From assembly GCA_963924565.1 (NCBI GenBank), contig OZ004610.1:31496001-31560000 (forward strand): a stretch of DNA of 64,000 bases. Direction: 5' to 3'. Under the pieces are notes generated by a model. It saw only the letters and a list, made by a program, of their open reading frames with translations. It searched no databases and was not told the DNA's origin. Origin of the DNA: Ascidiella aspersa. Lineage: Eukaryota. The translations under genes and the position numbers were made by a program. Below, piece by piece: positions 48,001-59,077 of this stretch (positions within the stretch are counted from its first letter, which is position 1; each line of letters opens with the position of its first letter).

Positions 48001-51000
48001 TAAGAAAAATGAGAGTTTTTTTCAAGATTCTAGTGGTGCCGCCAAACCAATACTTAAAAAGTAATGTGGCTATTTCCGAAGTGGTCAGTTTCGGATTTCA
48101 AGGATTTGGCCAGATGTCCAAGTTAATCCACCGAAAAATAACCAACCAAAAACACTGATATTAACTTTGAATTGCACATGGCGCACAGGTATGATAGGCT
48201 TACTTAATTTGCATAATTTGAACGTCACCCTGTAACAAATTATTGTTACGCCATGTCTAAGTACTCATACAAAAACATATTGGATCCGCTGACTGCTTCC
48301 AAAATATGGTAACCCAACTAAGGCCAGTTCAGGCCACAGTCCGTAAAAATCTAGCGAAGGGAAGCCCGCAGCTCAAAATTTCATCGTGTAATATATCCAG
48401 AAGTAAACAAGATATCTCGAAAGAAGTCTGATGGCTAAGTTAGGTTGCTTTGAGTAATGTGTACAAATTTCAAATCGATATCTTGTTTACTTCAGGAGAT
48501 ATTACAAGATAAAATTTCGAGTCCCTTTGGTTACAAATGTGATGTTTGGCATTTACTCCTTTCGCAAGTTTTCCCTTCGAATCCTGGCCGACAATCGCAG
48601 TAGAAATCACCAAACAGATCGTTGCACACCATCGTGTTGCCGCTCACACAGGGCGCCGGCTCGCACTGGTTAACATCTGCGTATACCAGGAAGGTTAATA
48701 TATACAAAAGGGCGTAACTTCATTGAATCCAAAACCATTAGCAGCAGGTTTCTGCTTGTCGATCACTGATCCGCTGACGCTTATATCAACAATAAAACTC
48801 GAAGTCTAAAATTCTGGGGAAAAACAGGATCAGACATTTTTAAGGAATATATATTTCGCTCATAATGGCATCGTCAGTCCCTTATTAATAATTAATCAAG
48901 GAACTGACGATGCCAGTATAGGCGAAATATAGATTACTTAAAAAAATGTCTGATCCTGTTTTTACTCTGGTTGTGGAACTCTGAGTAAATTGGATTGTAT
49001 TCTCGACAAGCTTTCGCGCAACCGTATTTATCGGCATTTATACTTTGACCTGATAAAACACGGTTGTGGGAAAGCTTGTCGAGAATACAATACAATTTGT
49101 CTTTATATATACAGTTCCACCTAATTTGGCAATCTACAAAGAAATATAGTTCGGCTAATAGTATATTATTTTATTTACGCTTTACGTAGTTTTTTGATGC
49201 GCAAACATCCACTTTATACATTCAACGTACAGAACCCACTGTTTCATGCTATAAATAAATTCAGCAAGAAAAAATTATAAAATCGCTGTTCTGATATGCA
49301 CCTGCAAGGCAAAGTCGAAGCCTGTCTTTCTGGTCTTTCGGCGTTGCGCCCCTTCCTCGTCTTTTAGGGGAGAAAACCCTTTTATTGCACCCTACAAAGT
49401 GCAGATACATTAAAGCGGATACATTCCAGTGCTCTAACGATAAAAGGAAATGGAACGGTCAATTCATAACGTAATACACGTGCAGCGAAAGTTACAAACA
49501 CATACATGTGTGTTAACCACTGTGATCTAGCCCTTATAAAGCTGCTTTTTTACCAACAATTACGGCTTACGTATAATTAGTACACCGAAAGACATCGTAC
49601 GTAATACACGTGTTGTTAAATTTAACGAAATACACTGTCAGTTGCCACTTGATCAATTAGACTCATTACGCATTGTTTTAGTGCATAATTGTTTAAGTAC
49701 AACATCGTATTTAGGAAAGTTTGCATTCATCAGATGAATGATCACTTTCATTAGTTTTCCAGTCACCAATATATTCTCACACGCAGAATGCTTTCACTTT
49801 ACAGATTACCTTTAAAACAATGATTCTTAACCGGGGTGCCGCGGCACTCTAGTGTGTCATTTTTAACGCTTAGGGGTGCCTAGAGATGTTTCAAATTCTT
49901 AAGGATTCCTGTTTTTGCTCTATTCCTAAGCTTCTTGATACAATTTTTGTGTACGATAAAAGTGCAAAAATTAAAAAAAAAAATTTCAACATTGTTTCAC
50001 AGCTAAAGTGCTGTTTCAATATCGTTTATTGTAACGTTACAGTTAACCACTGAGCAAAAACACGAGCAAGGGTGTCGCGAACGATTTACAATTTCTGTAG
50101 GGTACCACAAGCAAAAAAAGGTTGCGAAACACTGCTTTAAAATATAGTTTACGATCTCATTTCAAGTTAATTCACTGGTGGAAACTATAAAATTTGCAAC
50201 AAATTGCGTTTTACAGGCGCCAAAGGGACTGTATTAGAAAATTTCAACCTGCGATAAGGTTTATATCGATTTTTTAATGATGTAGGGATTAAATTGTTTT
50301 TATTCGGTAAGCGCAAACATTTATCGATCGGTCTTTGTAGTTGGTACAGAATTTATAGTTGCCTTGATCGAACTTGCATGCTAAAAAGAAATCCAACAAT
50401 CTTACCTTTGTACTTTAGCCAGAAAGTTTGCTGGAAACAAAAGAAATAAGTGTTAATTTCAAGGAACGGTTGAACATTAAATTGTTGAAATATTAATTAG
50501 TTTTTTTTTGCATAATCTAGTGTTTTGAACCAATTCTCTCGTTTAAACAACACTCGCGTGAGGTAGAAAATTTTTAGTCGAATATTTTATACACATATAT
50601 GTATCTGTGAGCTGGCCTTTTTTATGTTGTGCTGAAAACCAACACGGCACAGATACGGCATCACACCAAGTGAATTCGGACGGCCCAACATAAATACATA
50701 AATATTCAACCTAAGGAATTCAATACAAACTTAAGTACATGCAAAATTCTCACCGGACATATCAAAAACTTGAATAAAACCTAAACGTTTAGAATCCGTG
50801 GTTTAGCCACACCTGCCAAGCAGACTGCGCAGTGAAATTGCCTAGATTTGTATTTTGGTAAACAATACCGATATTACTAATTCACAAATTTTAATATTCA
50901 TGTTGAAGTTTACAAACTTAACCTTCAAATATTTATTCTCACCAAAAGAAACGTTCGCTTAGTATGAAATTTCTCAAAGGATATATAGCAAGCGATTTGA

Positions 51001-53304
51001 TTTATGTGCAAACATTTGGATAAATGGCTTAATTTTATTAAAAATACTTAAAGAAAACACTTAAGCCATTTGTCCGAAAGACTTAAGTCAAGTCAAGCCA
51101 TTTTCCCAAATGACTCAAGTCAAGTCAAGTCACGTCATATTGTCCAAAAGACTTTAGTCAAGTCACGTCATATTGTCCAAATGACTCAAGTCAAGTCAAG
51201 CCATTTTGCCCAAATGACTCAAGTCAAGTCAAGCCATTTTGCCCAAATGACTCAAGTCAAGTCAAGTCAGTTGAAACAGTGACGTAAGTGCACTAAATCC
51301 CAGTCATTGACTTCGGTCAACAACACTTGAGGAAATATTGTTTATCACTCACCGCTGTGTTGGTATTGTCGGAAATCTCGAAGGCCTCCTCATAGTTGCA
51401 ATCTTCCTCAATACATTCCCTCTCCGTATTCCCCGGTTTCAGTTCCTCGAAGATGTTCGCCCTGTTGCTCCTGGCAACGCGGTGAGGTCGGAGGAACTGA
51501 CTCGCCTCTTCCTTGTTGACGAAAACGGCTGCGCGTCAAAAAGAGGCCTCGTAAGTGTTTGAATGTGCAAGTTTAAACAAAAAGGAAGTCGCGTAAATAC
51601 TCAAGCGGCCTAAATACACAAGAATTGGGGAACGAAACCCGCCCGGGTTGGCGCAAAGACGTTAGGAAATAAACTGGTCGTGACCTGGGCAAATTTACGT
51701 TCTTAGATGACGGTTATAGAATGTCACCACCTCCCATCTTATCAAACTGCAACACCAATGGTTCACATGCTGCATTTTTTGACCGATTTTGCGTGGGCGA
51801 TGTCTGGTAATGTTTAAATGTTGTACACATCGTGAAACGTGGCATTCCTTCAAACATGTCTACGAATAAGACGTAATAAGAATATCAAAGCCCATACAAA
51901 AGTATCTTTTGAACGTTTCGAAAAATACCTACTTCTGTATAGGCTTGGATATTCTTATTGAGTCTTACCACAACCTCCAACCATTATGCTCCAAAGATAT
52001 TGATAGCGATATTTAGGAAGGACTTTGTTATATGCCTCGGACACGAGAAGCTTTAAAAGAAACATCAGCTAATTTGGCTCGGGTCGTATCTTTTGCCCAA
52101 GATATCACGGATCGATATGGGAATAAAGCACAAAGCGTCGGACATACTCCAACCTCCAACCGTCATGCCCAATGACCAAAAATTATTCGCGCTGAAGTAT
52201 TTCTTGGGCCAGAGCTGTTCAGTGACATTTCGCGCGTAATCATTCAAACTCGCCCTTTCACTTAGAATTTTCGGCCGAAACAAATCAATTTGCCTAAAAA
52301 AAATCGGGCCCTTGGCAAAACGGGTGAGCGAGGCAGACGGTGCGTGACGCCCCCTGCCCGCATTTACGTCATCATTATGACAGGGGCGTTCCCAAAGGCC
52401 GATCTTTTAAGCACAATGGGTCGATAACGCTCAGCATTAAAACATTGCTTGTTGTCCAAACGCCAACACTCGTTATTAAATCAATAGGAATAAACGCGAA
52501 GACTAAACTCAAGCTGCGCTGACTAATTTCAATGCGCCCTGTTAACCACTGAAGTTGAAGTTATATAGGAATGTAAATCTATCCGATGTAATTTAGAGGG
52601 TCAAATAAATTTTCCGAATTAATTTAGAGCGTCAAATTATATTTTGATTTAACGTACATCAGACAGAATTATTTTCTAATTTAAATACTGTCTAATTTAA
52701 CCTAAATTGGAACAAAATGTTGTCCGATTTATGAATCGCACAGATTTGTAAGATTTAAATGTTGTTCTGTTTAAATTGAAACGGAAAAAATAACATTCCA
52801 TTTTAAACTAAGCGAAATATTTTTTTAAAAGGTGCCCCGTAAATATGCGCGCGAAGGCTCCGCTCAACTTCACCGTTAATCACATAAAAGTGTCTAAAAG
52901 TTTAAAATAATTCGAACTTAACCACGTAACCTTCAATAGCAAGCAACTTACTATTTGTCGTTTAATAAATGTTTTTTAAAGCGTTTTGCTTTAAAAATAA
53001 AAAACGTACAACGGCATTTTAAAACCCTCAAAAAGCTTCTCAAAACCTTGAGAAAATACGAAATGATTAACGTTGTAACAGCATCGGTCCTATTTACATT
53101 ATTATCTGTAACTCAAGTAAAAGGATAACAAAAAATGTGAGAACACTGTACAATTATCTGGTCAAGTTACATATTTTACGAAATAAACTTCTCGGTCCTA
53201 AGTATAGAACGCGACAGTTGTTCAACAATAATAAATTAAAACGCGTTACCTCCGACGCCAATCGACGAAATTGCAGCAAAGCACAGTAAAAGCAAAACTT
53301 CCAT
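27011..53304 (-). CDS. Vitamin K-dependent Gas6/protein S-like secreted protein: signal + propeptide + Gla + 16 EGF + Pro-rich linker + 2 laminin-G, 25 exons, ~1121 aa
   Basis: Exons (minus): 53304-53250, 51528-51353, 50430-50406, 48676-48557, 47998-47879, 47232-47113, 46674-46561, 45727-45605, 44595-44364, 43383-43248, 42559-42439, 41711-41608, 40803-40674, 39922-39751, 38873-38764, 33738-33603, 33269-33191, 32857-32568, 31987-31783, 31190-31038, 30532-30367, 29684-29551, 28736-28614, 27887-27788, 27132-27011. All phases join without stops (3366 nt). Propeptide [12 protein letters not shown]...RVAR; Gla domain [27 protein letters not shown]; aromatic stack QTFWLKY; many D[IV][DN]EC cbEGF repeats; LamG motifs [31 protein letters not shown]. 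Confidence 0.93.
29853..30205 (+). repeat. Degenerate tandem repeat, related sequence at 32025-32130
   Basis: Repeated AAGCAG.A.AATC, TTAGGAACGACGATTTAA and TAACCACAACAGAAT blocks. Confidence 0.7.
33863..34429. mobile_element. Non-autonomous hAT element (MITE)
   Basis: TIRs CAGTGGTCGGCAA / TTGCCGACCCCTG; perfect 8-bp TSD ATTTAAAG. Confidence 0.9.
35124..35196 (+). tRNA. tRNA-Val (TAC), antisense in intron 15 of the Gla gene
   Basis: AGTTCCG/CGGAACT acceptor stem, TAGTGTAGTGG A-box, anticodon arm TCTGC-TTTACAC-GCAGA, GGTTCGAACC B-box, T-run terminator just downstream. Confidence 0.95.
35683..36138. mobile_element. Non-autonomous hAT element (MITE)
   Basis: Perfect TIR CAGTGGTCGGCAAACT; perfect 8-bp TSD CTGTAGGC. 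Confidence 0.92.
37722..38078 (+). repeat. Two tandem ~178-bp units
   Basis: GTGGATTCGTACAATTC ... GAAGGTTAGAACGTTACCTTTG.GTGGTTTACGGAAAATAGAAC ... AGATATTTCCACCTTTT occurs twice head to tail. Confidence 0.9.
38503..38575 (+). tRNA. tRNA-Val (TAC), variant copy, antisense in intron 15 of the Gla gene
   Basis: Same cloverleaf with a compensatory acceptor-stem change (AGTCCCG/CGGGACT) and two loop substitutions. No T4+ run immediately downstream. Confidence 0.9.
41961..42345. repeat. GACTTGACTT-family MITE (also ~7840-8000, 9500-9918, 17560-17900, 25650-25765, 32888-33000, 40070-40223, 51080-51328)
   Basis: CAGTGTTG-type ends, arrays of AATGACTTGACTT and an internal ACCAATTTTAATAGTT. The 51070 ORF (QMTQVKSS repeats) is this repeat. 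Confidence 0.85.
45225..45264 (-). ncRNA. Minimal type-I hammerhead ribozyme, intact core (family C)
   Basis: Minus strand reads AAGGAA-CTGATGA-T-GCC-ACTT-GGC-GAAA-TATA-T-T-TTCCTT. It has a perfect 6-bp stem I, the CUGAUGA and GAAA cores, stem II, a palindromic stem III and a UH site. Confidence 0.8.
45429..45501 (+). tRNA. tRNA-Val (TAC), antisense in intron 8 of the Gla gene
   Basis: 73-nt sequence identical to the 35124 copy, followed by TGTTTTT. Confidence 0.95.
47515..47712. repeat. Palindromic GGAGCATAATGG...AAAGCCCATACAGAAGTAGG MITE family (also ~11400, 18135, 24447, 28432, 40900, 47305, 51870, 62293)
   Basis: Long internal inverted repeat AAGAATATCAAAGCCCATACAGAAGTAGG / CCTACTTCTGTATGGGCTTTGATATTCTT recurring about nine times. 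Confidence 0.85.
48841..48940. ncRNA. Divergent inverted pair of minimal hammerhead motifs (family C)
   Basis: Minus 48884-48841: TAAGGGA-CTGACGA-T-GCC-ATTATG-AGC-GAAA-TATA-TA-TTCCTTA. Plus 48898-48940: AAGGAA-CTGACGA-T-GCC-AGTATA-GGC-GAAA-TATA-GA-TTACTT (U16.1 mutated). Confidence 0.75.
49818..50134. mobile_element. Non-autonomous hAT element (GCGGCAC family; relatives at 29385-29540, 44062-44319, 45320-45370, 63928->64000)
   Basis: Degenerate CAGTG-type TIRs; TSD CTTTAAAA on both sides. Confidence 0.7.
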
Positions 53305-53869
53305 GTTTGCTGCGAAATTAAAAAACACATAAAGATTAGTTTTGTTTGTCTGGCGTCCTACGCTTGAAGACACTTCTTAAATGGCCCGAAAGCATGACTC
53401 GAAAGTTGTCCTAATCTTCCAAACAGAACCACAAAGCAAAAGGTTATAGAAAAGATCCAAAACAACTTTAGGCAACGCAAAATGCATCACAGAACTGATG
53501 ATGCGGAACTATAATATGCTGCTGCTTTTTGTTTAGATTTTATTTATATAAACCTTTGTGGTTCTGTTTGGATTTTACGATATGGATAAAATATCAACAA
53601 CTAGAAGTGTCGGAACAGGCTTAGATCCCAATATAAATAAACATATTAATAATATTATTTTATCAATTGTCCCCATCTTGTTCGTTCTTCGCTCAATTTT
53701 CACCCCTGTTGCACACCGCAAATTGCTGCACTACAACTCTATTTTTGTCACGCTAAAATATTGATGAGCTGAGTATGTAAGTAAGATGAAGGTGCTACAA
53801 CAATCAGTTAAAGACCCAAGGCAACCTTTTTATTCTAGGGGTATACCCAATCAACACCACATACAATTA

Positions 53870-54035
53870 GTGTTTGTAATCAAAAACAGCTTCTCTGGTT
53901 ATTGTAGTTGTCAACCAACGTTTCGGCAACCTATTCAAAACGACTTCTCACAGTGGCGGAATTCATTTCACCAGCGGAGCTGTTTTCCAGAATTATTACT
54001 ATGACTGGTAGCAAGAGTTTTATATAGCAACAGTT
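53870..54035. repeat. Family-A hammerhead-bearing repeat (degenerate core at 53912-53957, minus) plus an adjacent inverted partial copy
   Basis: AAAAACAGCTTCTCTGG...AACGTTTCGGCAACCTAT matches 18955-19005. Positions 53970-54015 are the reverse complement of the same flank. Confidence 0.6.
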
Positions 54036-55407
54036 TATACGTTGAAAAATCTTTATTCATCCCTAATGCAACGTCTAATTGCGCCTCCGCTTCATTAAAT
54101 TTGTTACACTACTGGACAACTACGTTATTATGTACAGTATCTTGCTGAGGAAATATACTAATTTTCGCATTTTTAATGGTTAGCTTTGGGCAGCACTCTT
54201 TACTCATTCGTACGCGGCAGGTGCTCAGTTCTTATCTACATACAGAAGATTATAGACTTAATCTCAGTTGTAACGCGGCTCTTATCTCTTAAACGTTCTG
54301 AATGCACCTCAAGGGTTCCGACTTGAAACCTGCTTACACATAAATCCTCGCTAAAGCCTTTAAATGACTGCGCTTAACTAGAGCTAGAAGTAAGTCCCAT
54401 TGACTTATCTTGCTCAACAGTAGCCTATAACTTTACGAGAAATCAAGGATAAACTGCATTTTGTTTGCTCTATTTTTGGGACCAAATAAATGTACGAATT
54501 ATGAAACAATTCTACTATTTTGCCCCTAATGATATTTTAACTCTGTCTTAATGGTATTTATCAGGACATGTACACTTCCTGTAGCTTTTTTTATTTTTTA
54601 CGACATCTTTTAACGCTACATAGTAATAATAATATGTATTAAATGAAGTCTATTCTCGTGCTAAATATTTGCTTTATACTTTATATGTCGTAATTTAAAA
54701 CTCATGCTATTCTAATAAAGTATTAAATATTACATTAAAAAAGTAATATATATAAAACCGTATACTTCCTTTGCCCTAAAGCGCCCTTGTTGTCACTATC
54801 ACCCAAGTAGGTATTCTAACACCTATCTAACCTATCCAGTATCCATGTCTTCTCATGCTATTCGCTAACGCCGGCGAAAGTAAACAAATGTTTGCCACGA
54901 CTATCACAGTAAGTGTCTTAATACCTCTCTAACCTATCCGTATCTACTCATGCTATTCGCATTGACCGGCTAAAGTAGAAAAACTGAAAGGCTGTTTGCT
55001 ATAAGCCTAAGATGTGGTGCGAGACAACAAGACTGCTTTGGCTTTGGGTGCCTCAACTTCTGGCCGACCAGGCGTTGGTGTGGTCACGCAACCGTGACCG
55101 TGCATGACCCACTTTTTCTTTTCTCAATTTCGAACCCAACTCTGTCGCTCGTGGCAAAAACAATAACATCGGAAGCGCTTCGCGGGATCCTGGGCGCTTA
55201 ATCTCAAGGGGCGCCAAGGTAATGACAATTGACAATGCTCATATAACAGGGATGTTTAACGAGGGCAATTACACGTAAGTCAACGGAGAGGATTTGAATA
55301 GCCTACCTTGGGGATTTCGCACAAAACCGTTTTCGCGACTTCGGTTGCAAAAGTATTGTTGCTTGACTTTTCTAAAAGGTATCTTTGTTGTAAGCAATAT
55401 CCTAACT

Positions 55408-56037
55408 CAGCGTGGTCCAACTTCTTTTCATCGCGGGCCAAAAACAATTTTTTTTTATCTTGCAGGCCAATGTTTTTAAATAGCGATTCTTAGGCTTATT
55501 GCTGACAAATTATACATAGCCTATGGCAGTGGTTAACCTTTTTTCAGCCGCACCTCCTTTGGTAATTTTCCAATGCCTTTCACCCCCTACAAAAAGCAAT
55601 TCGGAATTTTTAATTAAATATCACTTAGACAATTTGAAAATAGTAAAGCGTGTTGTTGGTCGAAAATTTTTTTTAGTTTAATTGGTTGAATTGGCGCTAA
55701 ACTGTAAATTCAGGAGGCTTTTCGCATTGGCCACACAACAAATTGCTCGTGCTCGACACATTGATTTAAACAGTACGTTATCTTGTTTCAAAAGATCACC
55801 AGGTTACGAACCGCTGGCCTATGGCATATATACTAATTTTATGAAATGTACACCTTTGTTCAGCTACGGTAGTTATGAAATCACAAAGGATCATTTACGA
55901 AGTTTTTTTGTTAATTACAATAACAAAAATTGAAGGGATATTGCTAGATAGAAGCAAACTGACTATCAGTTCGCGGGCCAAAAAAGCGGAGCTCGCGGGC
56001 CAACTTTGGCCCGCGAGCCTGCAGTTGGACCACACTG
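55408..56037. mobile_element. Non-autonomous hAT element (MITE)
   Basis: TIR CAG[CT]GTGGTCCAACT; perfect 8-bp TSD TCCTAACT; subterminal CGCGGGCCA repeats. Confidence 0.9.
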
Positions 56038-56059
56038 TCCTAACTTAACAAATCACGAC

Positions 56060-56230
56060 AAAAATATGGCATCAAATTTAGTAGCACTTTTGTGTGCGAA
56101 CAGCTGTTTTCGCCAATGAAATCTAACAAGAGTAAGTGAAGAACACAACCTAATCATGGACACTTGCAAGATGTTATGCCTTTGGCCAATTCCAAATTAT
56201 CACCAGAGATTAACAAACTAAAACAACATC
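56060..56230 (+). mobile_element. Second fragment of the same hAT transposase C-terminus
   Basis: FSSTFVCEQLFSPMKSNKSK...HLQDV, a close nucleotide match to 58080-58230. Confidence 0.75.
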
Positions 56231-56720
56231 TATTAATATTATCTTATTAAAATACGTCTTTGTTATTACGGCGTTTGTTGTGGAATTACCGTTAGAAAAA
56301 TAATACCCAGCTTTTTCAGTAACCTGACAAGCAAGCTTTCACATTAATAATTGATCAACTATCACATTTTTATTATACATGACAATATTGGCTATATGAA
56401 TGTTGTTTTGTAAAACTAAATCTCATATCAAACACAGGAAATATAATTGAAAAATATTTGCCTGTAAGCGTCTCCAGTAAACCAATATCACCTAAATATG
56501 AGCTGGTAATTGTCAGATTTGCTTATAGGTAGTAAATAAAAAAAACACTGTCAGCAAATCTTAAAATATTTCTATTTATCGAAATGGGCGAAACACGGTT
56601 AAATTACAAATAAAGTGCGTCCTTGAAAATTACAAGAAAAGTGCGTCCTTGAAATCGCCAAACCCAATGCCTAACTATTCCAGTAAGGATTTTAATGATA
56701 GCCAAACGAGAGCATTTAAA

Positions 56721-58552
56721 CAGGGGTCGGCAACCTACGGCCAGGCCCGCCAACGAAAATCATCCGGCATTAGCTGACTAATAATAACTATCACAATTCT
56801 GCATCAGTTGGTATAGACTGGTATAAACTATCACAGTCCTGTATCAGTTGACTGGTATAAACTATCACAACCAGTCAATCATGCATTAGTTAACTACTTA
56901 ATACGCTCGACGATTTCGCTTTAATCGTTGTGATTATGCTTCGATCATTCAAAGTTCACGACCCTAAACCATTGTGATGTAATAGAGAACGGTTGCGCGT
57001 TATTAAGAAGATAGTGGAGTTCGCCATTTTGTACTTGATAACATATAGCAACCATATCAGCATTTTTGTTAATTAAGAGTTATTAAATCAACGCACAATA
57101 TTTGGGTTAGGGTGCGTTAGCGTTTGGGTGTGGGTGGGTTAAGTATTATTATTTAATAAAATTGCTCAACCTTCCCAAACCTAAACGCTAACCCGCATGT
57201 GCGTTGTGGCAAGATTCTAGACCTTTAATGAGGAATTGAGTTTTTAATGAGGAATTGAAAAGCAAGTATTTTTTATGAACCATTTTGGAAAGCCAACATG
57301 TTTGATTTGCAACATTTCTGTTGCTGTCAACGAGGAGTGTAATATAAAGCGTCATTATGGCACCAAGCATCCAAGTTTGTGCAAGTTTACGGGATACGGG
57401 ACAGGCGAGAATAGACAAAATGAATCGACTTAAAACAATTTAAAACAGCAGAGTTTAGCGTTTAAAAAACAAACGGCTAAATCGGGAAATAATTGTCTGG
57501 CTAGCCACAGGATAGCATCGGGAAATCAGTAGGTAATAGAGGGTTTATCGATGGTAAATTAGCGAAAAATATGTGTTATATCTGTTGTGGCCATATGTCC
57601 TGATAAAAAAGATGTATTTTTAGACGTAATTTTTCTGCAAGAAACGTTACCCGGCGAATTGAGAAAATTTCCGAGAATATAAAATCTATTCAATGGATAT
57701 AAATGAGAGCACAGGCACGATACAGTCAGCTGGTAGTATTCTTGCGCGGAATATGAAAATATTTTCATGTTTTCGAAGAGTTTGTAGAACTGAATCCTAT
57801 GAAGAACTCCACTATATAGGTGGAGATATTTTGAAGATATTATTTCAACGCCTTAAAGCCAAGAAGGTGAATCACTTGAAACTTGTGCCAATAACAACTG
57901 ATGGAGCACCATCAAAGGTAGAAAAAAATACCGTTGTGGCTTTAATTCATAAAGTTAGTTGAGCTGCAGTGCAGCGCAGAATACAAATCAAACTTTTACA
58001 ATCAAGATGTATCATTGCTTGACTTTTTTTTAAATATATCCTAATTGTAAGAAATATCGTCCTAACTTAGTAAACAAAAGATGGCTTTGATTTTGGTAGC
58101 ACTTATGTGTGCGAACAGCAGTTTTCGTCAATAAAATTTAACAAGAGCAAGTTGAACACACAACTTAATGTTAGACACTTGCAAGATGTTATACGTTTGC
58201 CATTTCCAAGTTATTACTAAACCTTAAAAAACTTAAAAAAAAAAAGAAAAAAAAAGTGTCAACTGTTGTAATAATCAAAATAATCTTGTTAATAAACGCC
58301 TGATAAACACACATTTTAAATTACAAAATTTTTAATATAAATTTGTTGTGCTTCGTTTTTTTTTTAAACTTAATTAAAGCTATTTTTAATGTCCAAAAAA
58401 AAATGCTAGGTACCACCCTTGATTAACCGTTGTTTCAATAACACCCGTTAAACTAAACGTTTTAAAAACAAAATTGTTAGTCAAAATGTAACTGCCCGCT
58501 GAAAGCTGAGTTTGGTTTTGGCCCGCGACTAGCAAAAGGTTGCCGACTCATA
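56721..58552 (+). mobile_element. Decayed hAT (Charlie/Buster, GTF2IRD2-like) DNA transposon with a fragmented transposase
   Basis: TIR CAGGGGTCGGCAACC ... GGTTGCCGACTCATA; near-TSD CATTTAAA/AATTTAAA. Peptide remnants: KYFFMNHFGKPTCLICNISVAV...NIKRHYGTKH (zinc finger, ~57260-57375), ITTDGAPS (~57890), FGSTYVCEQQFSSIKFNKSK (dimerisation domain, ~58090). Frameshifts and deletions throughout. Confidence 0.9.
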
Positions 58553-58878
58553 AATTTAAAGCACAAAATTCGCCGTTTTTTTACGTTACTCGAACGGTAC
58601 AAAAAAGCTCACGAGCGCCCGTGTGCGGCAAATCATTAAACTAAGCCTAACATCCGTAACAAGTAAAATAAATCTCTTTAATGAGTGATAACGACTTCTT
58701 ATACCTATGTTAAAAACGTGTTTGCCATTTTAAATTGAAGGCATTTATAGCTTTGTTTTTCTTTTTTGGTTTCTATTATCGGAGATGGTAGTTTTATTTA
58801 AAAATGAGTTAAGTTAGACGTTTTAAATTTAATTTTGTATCCAATAAGAAAATATACCTGCAATCAGTTGACTGCAAC

Positions 58879-59055
58879 AAAACATTTCCAGGATTTTCTT
58901 CAATCGTAAGACTGCCAACTGATTGTCGTTAAATCAATAAAAAAACAAAAAAAAAAAAAAACATTTCCAGGATTTTCTTCAATCGTAAGACTGCCAACTG
59001 ATTGTCGTTAAATCAATAAAAAAACAAAAAAAAAAAAAAAACATTTCCAGGATTT
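58879..59055 (+). repeat. Near-perfect ~80-bp tandem duplication ending in poly(A)
   Basis: ACATTTCCAGGATTT at 58882, 58961 and 59041 separates two units that are identical except for A-tract length. Confidence 0.9.
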
Positions 59056-59077
59056 CAAGATAATTGAGAATTTTTTA

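Noticed and set aside
51070-51282. Repetitive ORF (QMTQVKSS)n
   Set aside because: Translation of the GACTTGACTT MITE array.
53490-53520. CTGATGA near the 5' end of the Gla gene
   Set aside because: No stem II or GAAA follows, and there is no box D partner.
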